Positions 30,667-40,465 of a DNA stretch of 64,000 bases are shown in pieces. Where the stretch lies: contig RDNZ01000002.1 of the NCBI GenBank assembly GCA_011364905.1, positions 64,001-128,000 of the forward strand, read 5' to 3'. Source of the DNA: Candidatus Thorarchaeota archaeon (lineage in GTDB: Archaea > Asgardarchaeota > Thorarchaeia > Thorarchaeales > Thorarchaeaceae). The translations under genes were made by a program, and so were the position numbers. The notes below the pieces were generated by a model. That model did not search any database and was not told the origin of the DNA. It worked only from the letters and a program-made list of their open reading frames with translations. Numbering within the stretch: position 1 is the first letter of the stretch; every line of letters starts with the position of its first letter.

Positions 30667-30735
30667 TGTGTTTTGAAGGGTGCATTCCTCATCAACACCG
30701 TGGAGTATATGCGTTTTGGATTTGAAGAGTTAAGG

Positions 30736-31740
30736 TTACAGTTCCCGTTCTAGGTTAACAAGTCTACAATTCAAATTGAAACCAGCTTTCTCATACAAGC
30801 GTATCGCACTTGTGTTGGCGGCAGGAGTCCCAACTGCGGCAAATTTGCAGCCGTAGTCCTTCAGAGTGTGTAGAGTCATTTCAATGAGATGTAGTGCAAT
30901 CCCTCGCCTTCGATAGTCAGGCAGTACTGCCATGGGTCCAAGAACACCTGTTAGTGGTTTGTACTTTGATTCCACTATGAATGCACCAAGATAACCGGCT
31001 GAAACACCATCAACAACAGCAACTTTCCTGAGTTCATCAGGAGATTCACCATAGAAACCGTCTGCCATCCTCTGAAGCAGTGCAGTTGCTTGGATGTGTT
31101 CGGTTACTGTCTTGTCAAATCCATGTATCTTCCTTTCTTCTGGAGTTGAGGTGAATGACTTTACAACGATGCTTGCTAAGTCTTCAAAGGTGTAGTTGTC
31201 ACCCGTTTCAACCTGAATTTCGGAAGTGCGTACAGAACTGTGAGGAATACTGCTCAATGGCATTACTAGATCGACCGAGTCTTGCAGTCTTTTCTTAAAA
31301 CCTGCATTCGAATACAAATCTAAGTGATTGGCAACTAATTCAGGGGAGTCAACTGGATACTTAGAGTGAGAGCTTACTCTCTTGACACCTAATGAAGCCA
31401 GAGCATCAATTGCGTATTCGAGTAAAACCTTCGCCACGTTTGTCTTCCTAAAAGCAGGAAGTGCAGCAGGCTCCCATCTTCGTATACGTGCCATGAGATT
31501 GTTGTGACGGAGACCAAGAATGCCTACCACATCAACAGGAGTATCCGCGTAGGCGAAGAAAAACATATTCTCGCGATTCTCGAAATCTGATCGCATTTCC
31601 TCGAGTTCCTCATTCTTGTTGAAATCGAAAGCGGGATTCTCCTGATACCAGTAGTAATGTTCCATCGCCATGTTCCATGCCTGAGAGTAGACGGACCAAT
31701 CACTAGCTGGCTCTATGACTACTTTACGATCCTTTTCCAT
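30736..31740 (-). CDS. tandem GNAT family N-acetyltransferase
   Basis: Two GNAT halves. The C-terminal half has AVLPDYRRRGIA and NTSAIRLYEKAGF. Confidence 0.85.
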   Translation of the reverse strand: MEKDRKVVIEPASDWSVYSQAWNMAMEHYYWYQENPAFDFNKNEELEEMRSDFENRENMFFFAYADTPVDVVGILGLRHNNLMARIRRWEPAALPAFRKTNVAKVLLEYAIDALASLGVKRVSSHSKYPVDSPELVANHLDLYSNAGFKKRLQDSVDLVMPLSSIPHSSVRTSEIQVETGDNYTFEDLASIVVKSFTSTPEERKIHGFDKTVTEHIQATALLQRMADGFYGESPDELRKVAVVDGVSAGYLGAFIVESKYKPLTGVLGPMAVLPDYRRRGIALHLIEMTLHTLKDYGCKFAAVGTPAANTSAIRLYEKAGFNLNCRLVNLEREL

Positions 31741-31838
31741 GCTAACTCCAATGTGGGTTGCTGCGATGACAAATAGATATTGTGCACCCCAAAGGACATG
31801 CTTATTTCGTACTCATCGCAAATTTGAGATGGCTCAAA

Positions 31839-32117
31839 ATGAGAATCAAGGCAGTTTTTCGCGATGCAGAGATTTTGAAAATGGAAGAGGGATCAAAGGA
31901 GAGAGTTATGGCTGTTGCACAGAAGAACCTAGACCGGGTTGTGAACCTGCCAAAACTCCTCAAGGTGATGGGTCTTGAGTTTGATAAGCGATGCCTCATG
32001 CTTGATGTATTGAAGGACTCGAAGTTTCATATATGGCTGCTCAACGATTCGGAGCAACATCTGATTTACATGAATGAGGAAAAGGAAGCCACTCCCGGTG
32101 GGTACATGTGGCAATAG
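31839..32117 (+). CDS. hypothetical protein
   Basis: Globular-looking 92-aa ORF starting MRIKAVF. Confidence 0.6.
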   Translation: MRIKAVFRDAEILKMEEGSKERVMAVAQKNLDRVVNLPKLLKVMGLEFDKRCLMLDVLKDSKFHIWLLNDSEQHLIYMNEEKEATPGGYMWQ

Positions 32118-32124
32118 AATAACT

Positions 32125-32832
32125 CTAAGTATGAGGGACCAGTTCTTTACATCTCCGATCCAGACACATCGCACAAGCATCATCGCAGTTAGGCTGAGTT
32201 CCGTGTCTAGTGTGTTGCGCCATACAAACCAGTTCCGCAAGTTCACTTCGTAGCTCAGGAATCCCAGTTCCAGTAATATTAGAAACGTAGGTCTGTTCTA
32301 CACATCCACGATAGTCAGGAATCGTGTTTTCGATATTAGATCTAACAAAACCAACTGCTTGCTGCACTTGCTCTGGTTTTACATCAAAAGGAGTAATGTC
32401 AAGGTGAGTTCCAACAAGAACAACGTTTGTGAAGTTCTTGATTAGGTCATTCATGATTGCTGTTTCCAGCCAAGACTCTAGAACCGCAAGAGTGCGGAAT
32501 TCGCTGAGCTTGTAAACAAGCAACACAACTGAGATGTTCTGCATATTGGGCATGAAGGAATAGGTTTCCATTATCTTCTCAAAAGTTCCCAGCTCTTCGG
32601 CTTGATCGACGCTTCTTTGCCCTGGCGGAACATACATCTGGAGCAGAATGGCTTCGTCAGAGGTCGTGCATTTACAGTTCACAAACTCGAACTCCATGTT
32701 GACTGTCTTTTTGAGACCATCAATGCATTCGATTCTAGTTGTTCCATCAGTGAATTCAGCCATAGCTTTTGAGAGAGCGGTCTTTCCAACACCACCATCC
32801 CCTATGGGGAATATTGAACCGGTGACAGTCAT
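32125..32832 (-). CDS. atypical Ras/Rab-like small GTPase with Cys-rich C-terminus
   Basis: G1 GDGGVGKT, G2 Thr (KTV), G3 variant VPPGQ, G4 THLD, G5 VSN. Tail CDDACAMCLDRRC. Start ATG at 32832 follows GAGGT. Confidence 0.82.
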   Translation of the reverse strand: MTVTGSIFPIGDGGVGKTALSKAMAEFTDGTTRIECIDGLKKTVNMEFEFVNCKCTTSDEAILLQMYVPPGQRSVDQAEELGTFEKIMETYSFMPNMQNISVVLLVYKLSEFRTLAVLESWLETAIMNDLIKNFTNVVLVGTHLDITPFDVKPEQVQQAVGFVRSNIENTIPDYRGCVEQTYVSNITGTGIPELRSELAELVCMAQHTRHGTQPNCDDACAMCLDRRCKELVPHT

Positions 32833-32842
32833 GCTATAACCT

Positions 32843-33472
32843 CTAGACTGGACGAGACTCTCCATGCGACCGGTATTTGTATGCATCATCAAGCTTTACC
32901 GGTATTTCACGCAGTCCGTCTTTGCATACATGGCGGGGATAAACAACCACCATCTTTAGTCCCATGCCAGCTTGAACATCAATACCTCGTTCAATGCTAT
33001 CAGCATGCGAACTGACAACATCAGCAAGACCGAACCTGAGATTCTCTTCACAGATGTTACACCTTATGCTATACGCCTTCGCACGAAATTGCTCCAAAGG
33101 AGGAGCATTCCCAACATACTTGGCAAACATCTCCCTCGCTTCCTCATCCGTCAGGGGTTTACCAGCAACGTTTCTCCAGAGTCCGAGACTGATAACTGAT
33201 ACTAGAACTACATAGATAGCCCCGCCAAAATAGACGAAGGAAACCATCAAATCAAGAGATACCGGAAGAACGACATATCCCAAGAATGTTAGGAGTTGAA
33301 ACAGATACATCATCAAGAAGAAACAGATGAAAGCAACTAGAATCCAGTATCTTCCTTGCAGTCCAAGTGGCCGCAAAACGCCAACTGTCTTCAGCGTAAG
33401 AATCAGTCCATAGACAATGCCAATGATACCTGCGAGGGTGATGACTACCTCAGGCGAAAACACTAGCTGCAT
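32843..33472 (-). CDS. 3-TM membrane protein with C-terminal putative Zn-binding domain
   Basis: Three TM helices, then CNIC...HVC. Lies immediately upstream of the GTPase. Confidence 0.7.
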   Translation of the reverse strand: MQLVFSPEVVITLAGIIGIVYGLILTLKTVGVLRPLGLQGRYWILVAFICFFLMMYLFQLLTFLGYVVLPVSLDLMVSFVYFGGAIYVVLVSVISLGLWRNVAGKPLTDEEAREMFAKYVGNAPPLEQFRAKAYSIRCNICEENLRFGLADVVSSHADSIERGIDVQAGMGLKMVVVYPRHVCKDGLREIPVKLDDAYKYRSHGESRPV

Positions 33473-33578
33473 GAATTCTTCCAGAAATTGTCGTATTATT
33501 AAGATTCCTCGTGTAACTTAGAACTGTGCTTTTGTTACATGATGCAAAAAGCCACAATTCTACCAGCAAGTTGACTTG

Positions 33579-34301
33579 CTAATTGTAATTTGATAATCGC
33601 TTTTGGTAATCATCTGGGACAGAAATACCATGACCTAAAGCACTCTGAAGCAACTCAACGATATCACCCTGCAACCGGACTCTGTCATCTGCCAGATCTG
33701 ATAATAGAACCTCTGGAGTTTCAACGTTTTCTTCGATTTTCGAAACAACATCAAGCTGTTCAAACAAAGTGTCTAGTAGAGAAAAGAAGACTAGTTCACT
33801 CTCGGGGTTATCATCAAGTTCCGATTTGATTTGGTCTTCCAGAATTAGTAAAACGTAACGGATTCCATCAAATGCATGAAGCTGATCACCATATAGTTTG
33901 GCATGTTTTCTTCCAAGAGTCAAGGCTTCATCAGCTCTGCCCTCTGACAGTAGCAATCGGCAGAGGTCTTCAAATGCGCAATGACCCGGAGGATTGTTGT
34001 TGAGGAAATCCCGATACAGCTTCTCAGCTTCTTCAGTTCTAAGGGATTGGTCCAACAGCCTGCCAAGTCCGCACACAGCATCTTCAGAGGAGGAGTCTCT
34101 CGATATGACAAACCGGAAGGTAGTTTCAGCCTCAGAATCTCTGCATAGTCGCGACTGTATGTATGCAAGTTTTGTAAGAAGCTCAAGATTCTCTGAATCA
34201 TGCTCTAATTGCTTCTTGACGAGAACTTCAGCCTCAAGGTCACGGTCACTTTCACAGAGACTATTTGCCTCGTCAAGTACATCTTCAGATTTCTTCTTCA
34301 A
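33579..34301 (-). CDS. tetratricopeptide repeat protein
   Basis: Repeated helical units (LAYIQ...EAETTF; LGRLL...EEAEKLY; LCRLL...DEAL). The likely start is TTG at 34301, which avoids overlap with cysS. Confidence 0.7.
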   Translation of the reverse strand: MKKKSEDVLDEANSLCESDRDLEAEVLVKKQLEHDSENLELLTKLAYIQSRLCRDSEAETTFRFVISRDSSSEDAVCGLGRLLDQSLRTEEAEKLYRDFLNNNPPGHCAFEDLCRLLLSEGRADEALTLGRKHAKLYGDQLHAFDGIRYVLLILEDQIKSELDDNPESELVFFSLLDTLFEQLDVVSKIEENVETPEVLLSDLADDRVRLQGDIVELLQSALGHGISVPDDYQKRLSNYN

Positions 34302-34393
34302 GCACGTGACCTTCTTCGCCGAATATATGATATAGGCAATATTTGCAGAGTCCTTTTTAAAGAGAATCTCCAAGACGCAATTGGGTAGTGAAG

Positions 34394-35833
34394 ATGCTAA
34401 AAGTATACAACACAAGGACCCGGTCGAAGGAAGAGTTTGTGCCAATTGAAGGAAACACGGTCCGTATGTATGTCTGTGGTCCTACTGTGTACGATTATCC
34501 CCATATCGGAAATGCAAGGTCATTTGCTGTCTTTGATAGCATTCGAAGATACCTTGAGTACAGAGGTTACCGAGTCACGTACATAACCAACTTCACTGAC
34601 ATCGATGACAAGATGATCAATCGTGCTAATGAGGAAGGGATTGAGGTGTCTGAACTTGCGGCGAAGTTCATCAGTGAGTATCGCAAAATCGAGAAACAAC
34701 TCAATCTGAAACCTGCTACAGTGAATCCTCGTGCAACAGAACATATCGATGACATAGTCGAAATGGTTGATCTCATCATCAAGAATGGATATGGCTATGA
34801 TGTGCATGGCGATGTCTACTTCAGTGTTCCAGCGTTTGATGCCTACGGAAGCCTCTCACGAATCCCGATGGATGAACTCACATCTGGTGCAAGGGTCGAG
34901 GTGGATGAGAACAAAAAAGACCCACGCGATTTTGCATTGTGGAAAGCTGAAAAGCCTGGTGAGCCTTCATGGGATAGTCCATGGGGCAAAGGACGCCCTG
35001 GTTGGCATGCTGAATGTTCAGTCATGGGCAGGCATTATCTGGGGCTACCGTTCGATATTCATGGTGGGGGGCAGGACCTGATATTCCCACATCATGAGAA
35101 TGAGATAGCTCAATCAGCAGCAGCTTATGGGATAGAAGTTCCTGTCAAGTATTGGTTCCACAATGGCTTTCTGACAATGGATAGTGAGAAGATGTCAAAA
35201 TCCGAAGGTAACTTCTCAACAGCTCGTGAGGTGCTTGACAACTACGACCATCAGGCAGTTCGCCTATATCTGGTCACTGGACAATACAGACAACCTCTCG
35301 ATTATAACGCAAAAGCTGTGACTCAGGCAATCCAGTCCCTTGAGCGCATCAAGAACGCTGCTGATTCTATCAGAGGCAGAATCTCAATCCTGGAAAGAAT
35401 TGGCAGTCGCGAATCAGAGGATGATAAGAAGCTCGCAGAAGCAGCGAAAAAAGTGCGTGAGGGATTTGAGCGAGAAATGGATGACGATTTCAATACTCCA
35501 GGAGCCCTCGCAGAAATCTTCGCCTTTGTCAGAGAGATCAACACACTCGTTGGTGATGTCGGAGGAGCAGCAGTGCTTCGAGAAGCCCTTGCAGTACTAA
35601 CTGAATTGGTGGGAATTCTAGGAGTCAATCTCACGGATGCTAGCGCAACAGATGAAGGAGCTGCACTCACATCTGACACTCTAAAAGGAGTGATCGAGTT
35701 TCTCCTTGAGCTTCGGGAAGAAGCCAGAAAGTCAAAGGACTTTGGGAAAGCGGATCAAATACGAGACCGCCTTAAGCAGATTGGTGTTGAGGTCAGCGAC
35801 ACTAAAGATGGACCAACGTGGAAACTGAGTTAG
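34394..35833 (+). CDS. cysS: cysteine--tRNA ligase
   Basis: YVCGPTVY, HIGN, GRPGWHAEC, DLIFPHHENE, KMSKS, DDFNT, ADQIRD. Confidence 0.97.
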   Translation: MLKVYNTRTRSKEEFVPIEGNTVRMYVCGPTVYDYPHIGNARSFAVFDSIRRYLEYRGYRVTYITNFTDIDDKMINRANEEGIEVSELAAKFISEYRKIEKQLNLKPATVNPRATEHIDDIVEMVDLIIKNGYGYDVHGDVYFSVPAFDAYGSLSRIPMDELTSGARVEVDENKKDPRDFALWKAEKPGEPSWDSPWGKGRPGWHAECSVMGRHYLGLPFDIHGGGQDLIFPHHENEIAQSAAAYGIEVPVKYWFHNGFLTMDSEKMSKSEGNFSTAREVLDNYDHQAVRLYLVTGQYRQPLDYNAKAVTQAIQSLERIKNAADSIRGRISILERIGSRESEDDKKLAEAAKKVREGFEREMDDDFNTPGALAEIFAFVREINTLVGDVGGAAVLREALAVLTELVGILGVNLTDASATDEGAALTSDTLKGVIEFLLELREEARKSKDFGKADQIRDRLKQIGVEVSDTKDGPTWKLS

Positions 35834-35864
35834 CCAGACCAAACCACGGAAAAAAATATGCGAA

Positions 35865-35886
35865 ACTGGAGGGTATTCCCTCCAGT
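35865..35886. terminator. perfect hairpin between convergent cysS and larA-like genes
   Basis: ACTGGAGGG-TATT-CCCTCCAGT, followed on the minus strand by a T-run. Confidence 0.6.
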
Positions 35887-35902
35887 ACTAAACCTCATAG
35901 AA

Positions 35903-37312
35903 TCAGTTGATTTGATTCTTGACATTAATCAACAGACCGGGATCATCAAGGACATAGACTCTTGGATTAGGATGCTCTTTCAAGAACCTGCTTACAAGAC
36001 CTCGTAGAGTCTTTTGAACCTCGGTCGAGTCTGTTACCTTGCATCCTTCCATTCGGTAGACGGTCTTTATCTCCTCAGGATCCAAGCCACTAATGAGTTT
36101 GATATTGCCCTCTGCAACATCCAAGAGGATTCGGAAGAGATCAACTGGTTTTTGGTTTCCAATTTTGAAGGTCTGTTCTGAACCATATTCTTCGATGACA
36201 TATCGAAGTGCATCACGAACCTCCAAGTCTTTGACCGCATGTATCGATTCCTCATATCCCGCGCTTCCAATTCCATCTTCACATGGAGCAAGAAGGACTA
36301 TCCATCCCTTTCGGTCATGTCGAATTGCATTCCAAGCCGCGTGAATTCCCTTTCCTGCTTGATAGAGATTTATTCCTAGCTCGCCAACAGATACAAAGAC
36401 AATATCTCCAGGTTCATCAACATCGACCACTCTGAGTCTTCTCAAAGGAGAAGACGCTGCGTTGTGGCATTCGATTATGTCCCCCGCTTGTAAATAGACT
36501 ATCTCACCATGATGTACAATCGTATCTATACAAAATATCGGTATTTTCTTCTTCATTACGGTAGTAATCTCAATCATATCTTCGATTACTGGATTGCCGT
36601 TGCAGTTTCCCAATCGGCAGCCATCAACGAATCCTTTCTTAATATCAAACATCCTTGGGTGATTAACCCGAATGGTCTCTCGACCAGCCACTCCTGGACA
36701 AAACAACTTCACAGTACCGGCTTGACCAGCAAAATAATGATACTCACTGTCGCTTAAAGGAATCAGCATGCTCGAGTCTAAGACGTTTTGGTCGATGAGG
36801 ATGGGAGTCCCCCTTGAGGTCTTTCCTACGTTTGTATTTCCCTTATCACAGTCATGACTTAGAACATTCTCCCCCCAATCCTTGAATATCTCTGGACCTA
36901 GGATTCTTGTTTCTACATCTTTGAGAGTCGATGGGGTGTGAGAACCATTTGAAATCATAATCCAGATGTCCGCCTTACGGACTCCAAGACCAATGAGACG
37001 GTCTGCAACAAGGGGAAGAAGAACCTTTGTGTGAATATTTGGACGCGTCTTATCGTCAACCATGAAGAGGATTCTCTTACCTTCTTCATAGTGGGTCTTA
37101 ACAAACTCATCGAAAGGAGTGGAACCAAGCGGCGATCTGAGCACATCATCGAGTTTTTTCTTGATGTCAGTGAAATCAGGAGTGTATTCATCTACTTGAA
37201 GAACTGTAACATCTTCAACACTCTTTGGAATGAATTCATCAATTGCGTCGCTGCCATAGTTCAACGGTGTATTGTAATAGGACATGTGATGCACCATTTG
37301 CTCAGAGGTCAA
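35903..37312 (-). CDS. larA: LarA-family (nickel-pincer) lactate racemase/epimerase
   Basis: DDKTRP, GSH, HDCD, HYFAGQAGTVKLFCPG, NLYQAGK, CEDGIG. Confidence 0.82.
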   Translation of the reverse strand: MTSEQMVHHMSYYNTPLNYGSDAIDEFIPKSVEDVTVLQVDEYTPDFTDIKKKLDDVLRSPLGSTPFDEFVKTHYEEGKRILFMVDDKTRPNIHTKVLLPLVADRLIGLGVRKADIWIMISNGSHTPSTLKDVETRILGPEIFKDWGENVLSHDCDKGNTNVGKTSRGTPILIDQNVLDSSMLIPLSDSEYHYFAGQAGTVKLFCPGVAGRETIRVNHPRMFDIKKGFVDGCRLGNCNGNPVIEDMIEITTVMKKKIPIFCIDTIVHHGEIVYLQAGDIIECHNAASSPLRRLRVVDVDEPGDIVFVSVGELGINLYQAGKGIHAAWNAIRHDRKGWIVLLAPCEDGIGSAGYEESIHAVKDLEVRDALRYVIEEYGSEQTFKIGNQKPVDLFRILLDVAEGNIKLISGLDPEEIKTVYRMEGCKVTDSTEVQKTLRGLVSRFLKEHPNPRVYVLDDPGLLINVKNQIN

Positions 37313-37355
37313 TAAGATATGTAATGATTGCGGTTTGTCCGTTTGGGAATACTTA

Positions 37356-37407
37356 TTAGACGGGCCTAACTTTTTTAGGCTTGTCTAAGTTTCTTAGTCT
37401 GGTCTAA
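37356..37407. promoter_or_regulatory. three tandem DtxR/MntR-type operator boxes (TTAG-N6-CTAA)
   Basis: TTAGACGGGCCTAA (37356), TTAGGCTTGTCTAA (37375) and TTAGTCTGGTCTAA (37394), at an exact 19-bp period upstream of the feo operon, which ends with a DtxR gene. Confidence 0.8.
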
Positions 37408-37457
37408 GAATTATCTACTGGCATCTGTCACATGCCGGTCCGACTGTCAAAGGAGCC

Positions 37458-37862
37458 TTGACGATGGACGAGAAAGGGACTCACACCGAATCCAAGAACC
37501 ACACCCGATTGATTTCTGTAAGCCCTGGAAAGACATGTAGGCTCGTTGGAATTTCTAACTCAGGTAGGGGAGCGCGCGGTAGGCACAGGCGACACGAGCA
37601 TCCTGAGCGAAGGCATATGTTTGGTAGATTCTTCAAGCATCGTGGTCAATGGGATGAAAGGAAGAAGCAATGGCGCAAAAGAGGCGAACGGGAGATAGTA
37701 AAACGTCTGTTGGATCTCGGATTGACAAAGGGGTGCACATTCAAGGTCATTCATGGACAAGGCGCAGGACCTGTTCTTGTCGAAGTAAGAGGAACTAGAA
37801 TTGCACTTGGACACGGACTCGCCTCAAAAGTCCTCGTCGAGGTCTTGGAGGATACAGCATGA
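37458..37862 (+). CDS. feoA: ferrous iron transport protein A with His/Arg-rich insertion
   Basis: KRLLDLGL, GPVLVEVRGTRIALGHGLASKVLV. Confidence 0.88.
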   Translation: MTMDEKGTHTESKNHTRLISVSPGKTCRLVGISNSGRGARGRHRRHEHPERRHMFGRFFKHRGQWDERKKQWRKRGEREIVKRLLDLGLTKGCTFKVIHGQGAGPVLVEVRGTRIALGHGLASKVLVEVLEDTA

Positions 37863-38674
37863 AAATCACAGTCGCGCTCATTGGCAATCCCAACGTAGGC
37901 AAGTCTGTAGTTTTCAACAGCTTGACTGGATTGAGACAGCACACTGGTAATTGGCCCGGAAAGACTGTGGAAATGAAACAAGGTTACTTCAAACACCATG
38001 GTGTGGAATTCGAGGTCGTCGACCTGCCAGGAGTCTACAGTCTGAGCGCAGTTTCTGAAGATGAAAAAATTGCACGTGCATATATTGTTGATCATCGTCC
38101 AGACGTGGTCGTGGATATAGTAAACGCCTCGCAATTGGAAAGAAATCTCTACCTCACTCTTCTTCTCATTGAACTACAAGTCAACTTGGTCATAGCACTC
38201 AATATGTACGATCTTGTCAAAGCGCGTGGAGACCAGATTGATATTGAGGGCCTTTCGAAACGTTTGGGTGCACAGATAGTCGCAACAACCGCTACTCGTA
38301 AGGAAGGAATTGAAGACCTAAAAGACGCAATCCTTGCCGCGATACCTCAGCACTACTGGGACCATGCGGAAGACCGCAGAATTGTTCCTATGCACACTGC
38401 AGGAGGCGTTGATGGTGGAGACCATCTTCACTATCACCCAAGATTTCATCATCATGGCGAGTTTGAGAGGTTAAATCCACCAGCAATAAAGTACAGTCCA
38501 AGAATAGAGTTGAAGCTCAAGCAACTAGTTTCGATACTCCAAACGGATAAAGATCTTCTTGACAGATATCCTCCAAGATGGCTAGCCCTCAAAGTCTTGG
38601 AACGGGATCCAGAGATACTTCGCTTATTTGACAATTCAGAATTGAGAGCGCGGCTCTTGGAGGTGACATTATGA
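37859..38674 (+). CDS. feoB: FeoB N-terminal GTPase/GDI part (split FeoB)
   Basis: GNPNVGKS, GNWPGKTVE, DLPG, ERNLYL, NMYD. Confidence 0.92.
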   Translation: MKITVALIGNPNVGKSVVFNSLTGLRQHTGNWPGKTVEMKQGYFKHHGVEFEVVDLPGVYSLSAVSEDEKIARAYIVDHRPDVVVDIVNASQLERNLYLTLLLIELQVNLVIALNMYDLVKARGDQIDIEGLSKRLGAQIVATTATRKEGIEDLKDAILAAIPQHYWDHAEDRRIVPMHTAGGVDGGDHLHYHPRFHHHGEFERLNPPAIKYSPRIELKLKQLVSILQTDKDLLDRYPPRWLALKVLERDPEILRLFDNSELRARLLEVTL

Positions 38675-39996
38675 AGCCACCCAATGAGCTGGACACAGAA
38701 CTGGATGTTGCTGAAGAGGAAGAAGAGTCCATAGACCCTCAGATCATCCTGGCCGATGAGAGATACGAAGTGATTGGTCAGATTCTTTGCGAAACATACC
38801 AGCCAGGCAAAGGGAAATGGATTCTTAGCGATATGCTTGACCGAGTCCTACTTCACCGCTACCTCGGATTACCAATATTCTTAGTCATCATGTGGGCTAT
38901 GTTCCATTTCACATTTGAGCTATCGCTAGTTTTCATGCAGATGATCACTCAGTTCTTTGTATGGGTCGGAACCTTAACCTCCCAGATTCCAAACCCCCTA
39001 GTTGCTTCCCTGTTGACCAACGGGATACTTGGAGGGGTGGGATTCATCCTCACTTTCGTTCCACCAATATTCTTTCTATACCTAGCAATATCGGTCCTCG
39101 AGGATACAGGATATCTCTCCAGAGCAGCGTTTGTCATGGACCGATTTATGATGAAAATGGGGCTTCATGGTAGGTCCTTCATTCCATTACTCCTGGGTTT
39201 TGGCTGCAGTGTGGCTGCAGTAATGGCCAGTAGGACCGTTGATGGAAAGTCAAATAGACTTGCAACGATTCTAGTTAGTCCTCTTATGTCATGTGCTGGG
39301 AGACTCCCAATCTACATTCTAATCGCCGGTGTCTTCTTTCCAGCCTATGCCGGGACTGTGGTTTTTCTCATGTACATGCTGGGGATTGTTATGGCAATCA
39401 TTGTTGCCATTATCTTCAAGAAGACAATCCTGAGAGAGGAATCTTCTTCGATGCTCATGGAGCTCTCCCAGTATCAGATACCTACTGCCCATGGCTCATT
39501 TAGACACATGTGGGACAGAGGAGTCTTGTTCATACGCACAGCAGGAACCTACCTCTTAGCTGGCAGTGTAGTAATGTGGGGACTATCTGCATTTGGGCCA
39601 ACTGGATTCGGAGTACCAGTTGACGATTCATTTGCAGCAATGCTCGGACGCGTCGTTGCACCAGTGTTTCTGCCACTTGGATTTAGCTGGCAAATTGTGA
39701 TGGGATTGATTTTCGGATTCTTGGCGAAAGAGGCAGTAATTCAAACGTTGGCTATTGTGTATTCAGTTGGAGGGATATCCCTTCAAACCGCGCTCATTTC
39801 AAGTGTTAGTCCATTGACTGCTGTCGCTTTGATGGTCTTTGTCTTGCTATACATCCCTTGTCTTGCAACAGTAGGCGCAATTAGGAAAGAAACAGGCTCA
39901 TGGAGATGGACTAGCTTTTCAGTAGTCTATCAACTTATTCTTGGATACACCATTGCTCTCCTGGTTGTCATTATAGGAGGTCTGTTCTTTGTTTAG
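38671..39996 (+). CDS. feoB: FeoB membrane part (split FeoB)
   Basis: LEDTGYLSRAAFVMD, LGFGC, MSCAGRLP, AKE, YIPCLAT. Has its own RBS (GGAGGTG) and an ATGA overlap. Confidence 0.92.
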   Translation: MKPPNELDTELDVAEEEEESIDPQIILADERYEVIGQILCETYQPGKGKWILSDMLDRVLLHRYLGLPIFLVIMWAMFHFTFELSLVFMQMITQFFVWVGTLTSQIPNPLVASLLTNGILGGVGFILTFVPPIFFLYLAISVLEDTGYLSRAAFVMDRFMMKMGLHGRSFIPLLLGFGCSVAAVMASRTVDGKSNRLATILVSPLMSCAGRLPIYILIAGVFFPAYAGTVVFLMYMLGIVMAIIVAIIFKKTILREESSSMLMELSQYQIPTAHGSFRHMWDRGVLFIRTAGTYLLAGSVVMWGLSAFGPTGFGVPVDDSFAAMLGRVVAPVFLPLGFSWQIVMGLIFGFLAKEAVIQTLAIVYSVGGISLQTALISSVSPLTAVALMVFVLLYIPCLATVGAIRKETGSWRWTSFSVVYQLILGYTIALLVVIIGGLFFV

Positions 39997-40465
39997 ACCA
40001 GAATTAGCCGTTCCCAAAGAGAGCAGGCTGCCAGCCATCCTAACCTTACTAATTGGGCTTGCTTATCTTATCGTTGGAGGCTTCGAAGTTCTCTCGAGCC
40101 TGCATTTGATACCTCCAATTGTAGGATTCACGGACCTCCTGGGAGGTATTCTACTCATGATAATTTCAAGTGTCTTCTTAACAGGAGTAAAACCGCTACT
40201 GAAGAACGATCAAGAGGGGTATGCCTTCGTCGCTGTCGGATATATATTGGCTGCACTCTTGTTTGGACTACAAATACTGGTGATCTTGACGAATGCTCTC
40301 GGATGGTTCCTCCATTTCGAGAACTGGGTCTCTTGGAATATATGGACTGACTTTACGCCTTCGCTCTGGATGTTTATCATCTTGATGACAGGAACAGGGT
40401 CCGTATGGGCTATTGGAAACATGAGAGACAAGATCATGGGTGTGAAAAAGGAGGACTCTCAATGA
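39989..40465 (+). CDS. hypothetical membrane protein in feo operon
   Basis: About 4 TM, overlapping both neighbouring genes. Confidence 0.7.
   Translation: MFRPELAVPKESRLPAILTLLIGLAYLIVGGFEVLSSLHLIPPIVGFTDLLGGILLMIISSVFLTGVKPLLKNDQEGYAFVAVGYILAALLFGLQILVILTNALGWFLHFENWVSWNIWTDFTPSLWMFIILMTGTGSVWAIGNMRDKIMGVKKEDSQ

Noticed and set aside
34301-34445. N-terminal extension of the TPR ORF overlapping cysS
   Set aside because: It overlaps the divergent cysS start and promoter. The downstream TTG is more plausible.
37356-37407. Regularly spaced palindromes as a mini-CRISPR
   Set aside because: The units are 14 bp with 5-bp gaps and there are no spacers or cas genes. Tandem repressor boxes fit better.
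38660-38680. feoB as a frameshifted pseudogene
   Set aside because: The second ORF has its own RBS and an ATGA overlap, and both halves retain all motifs.
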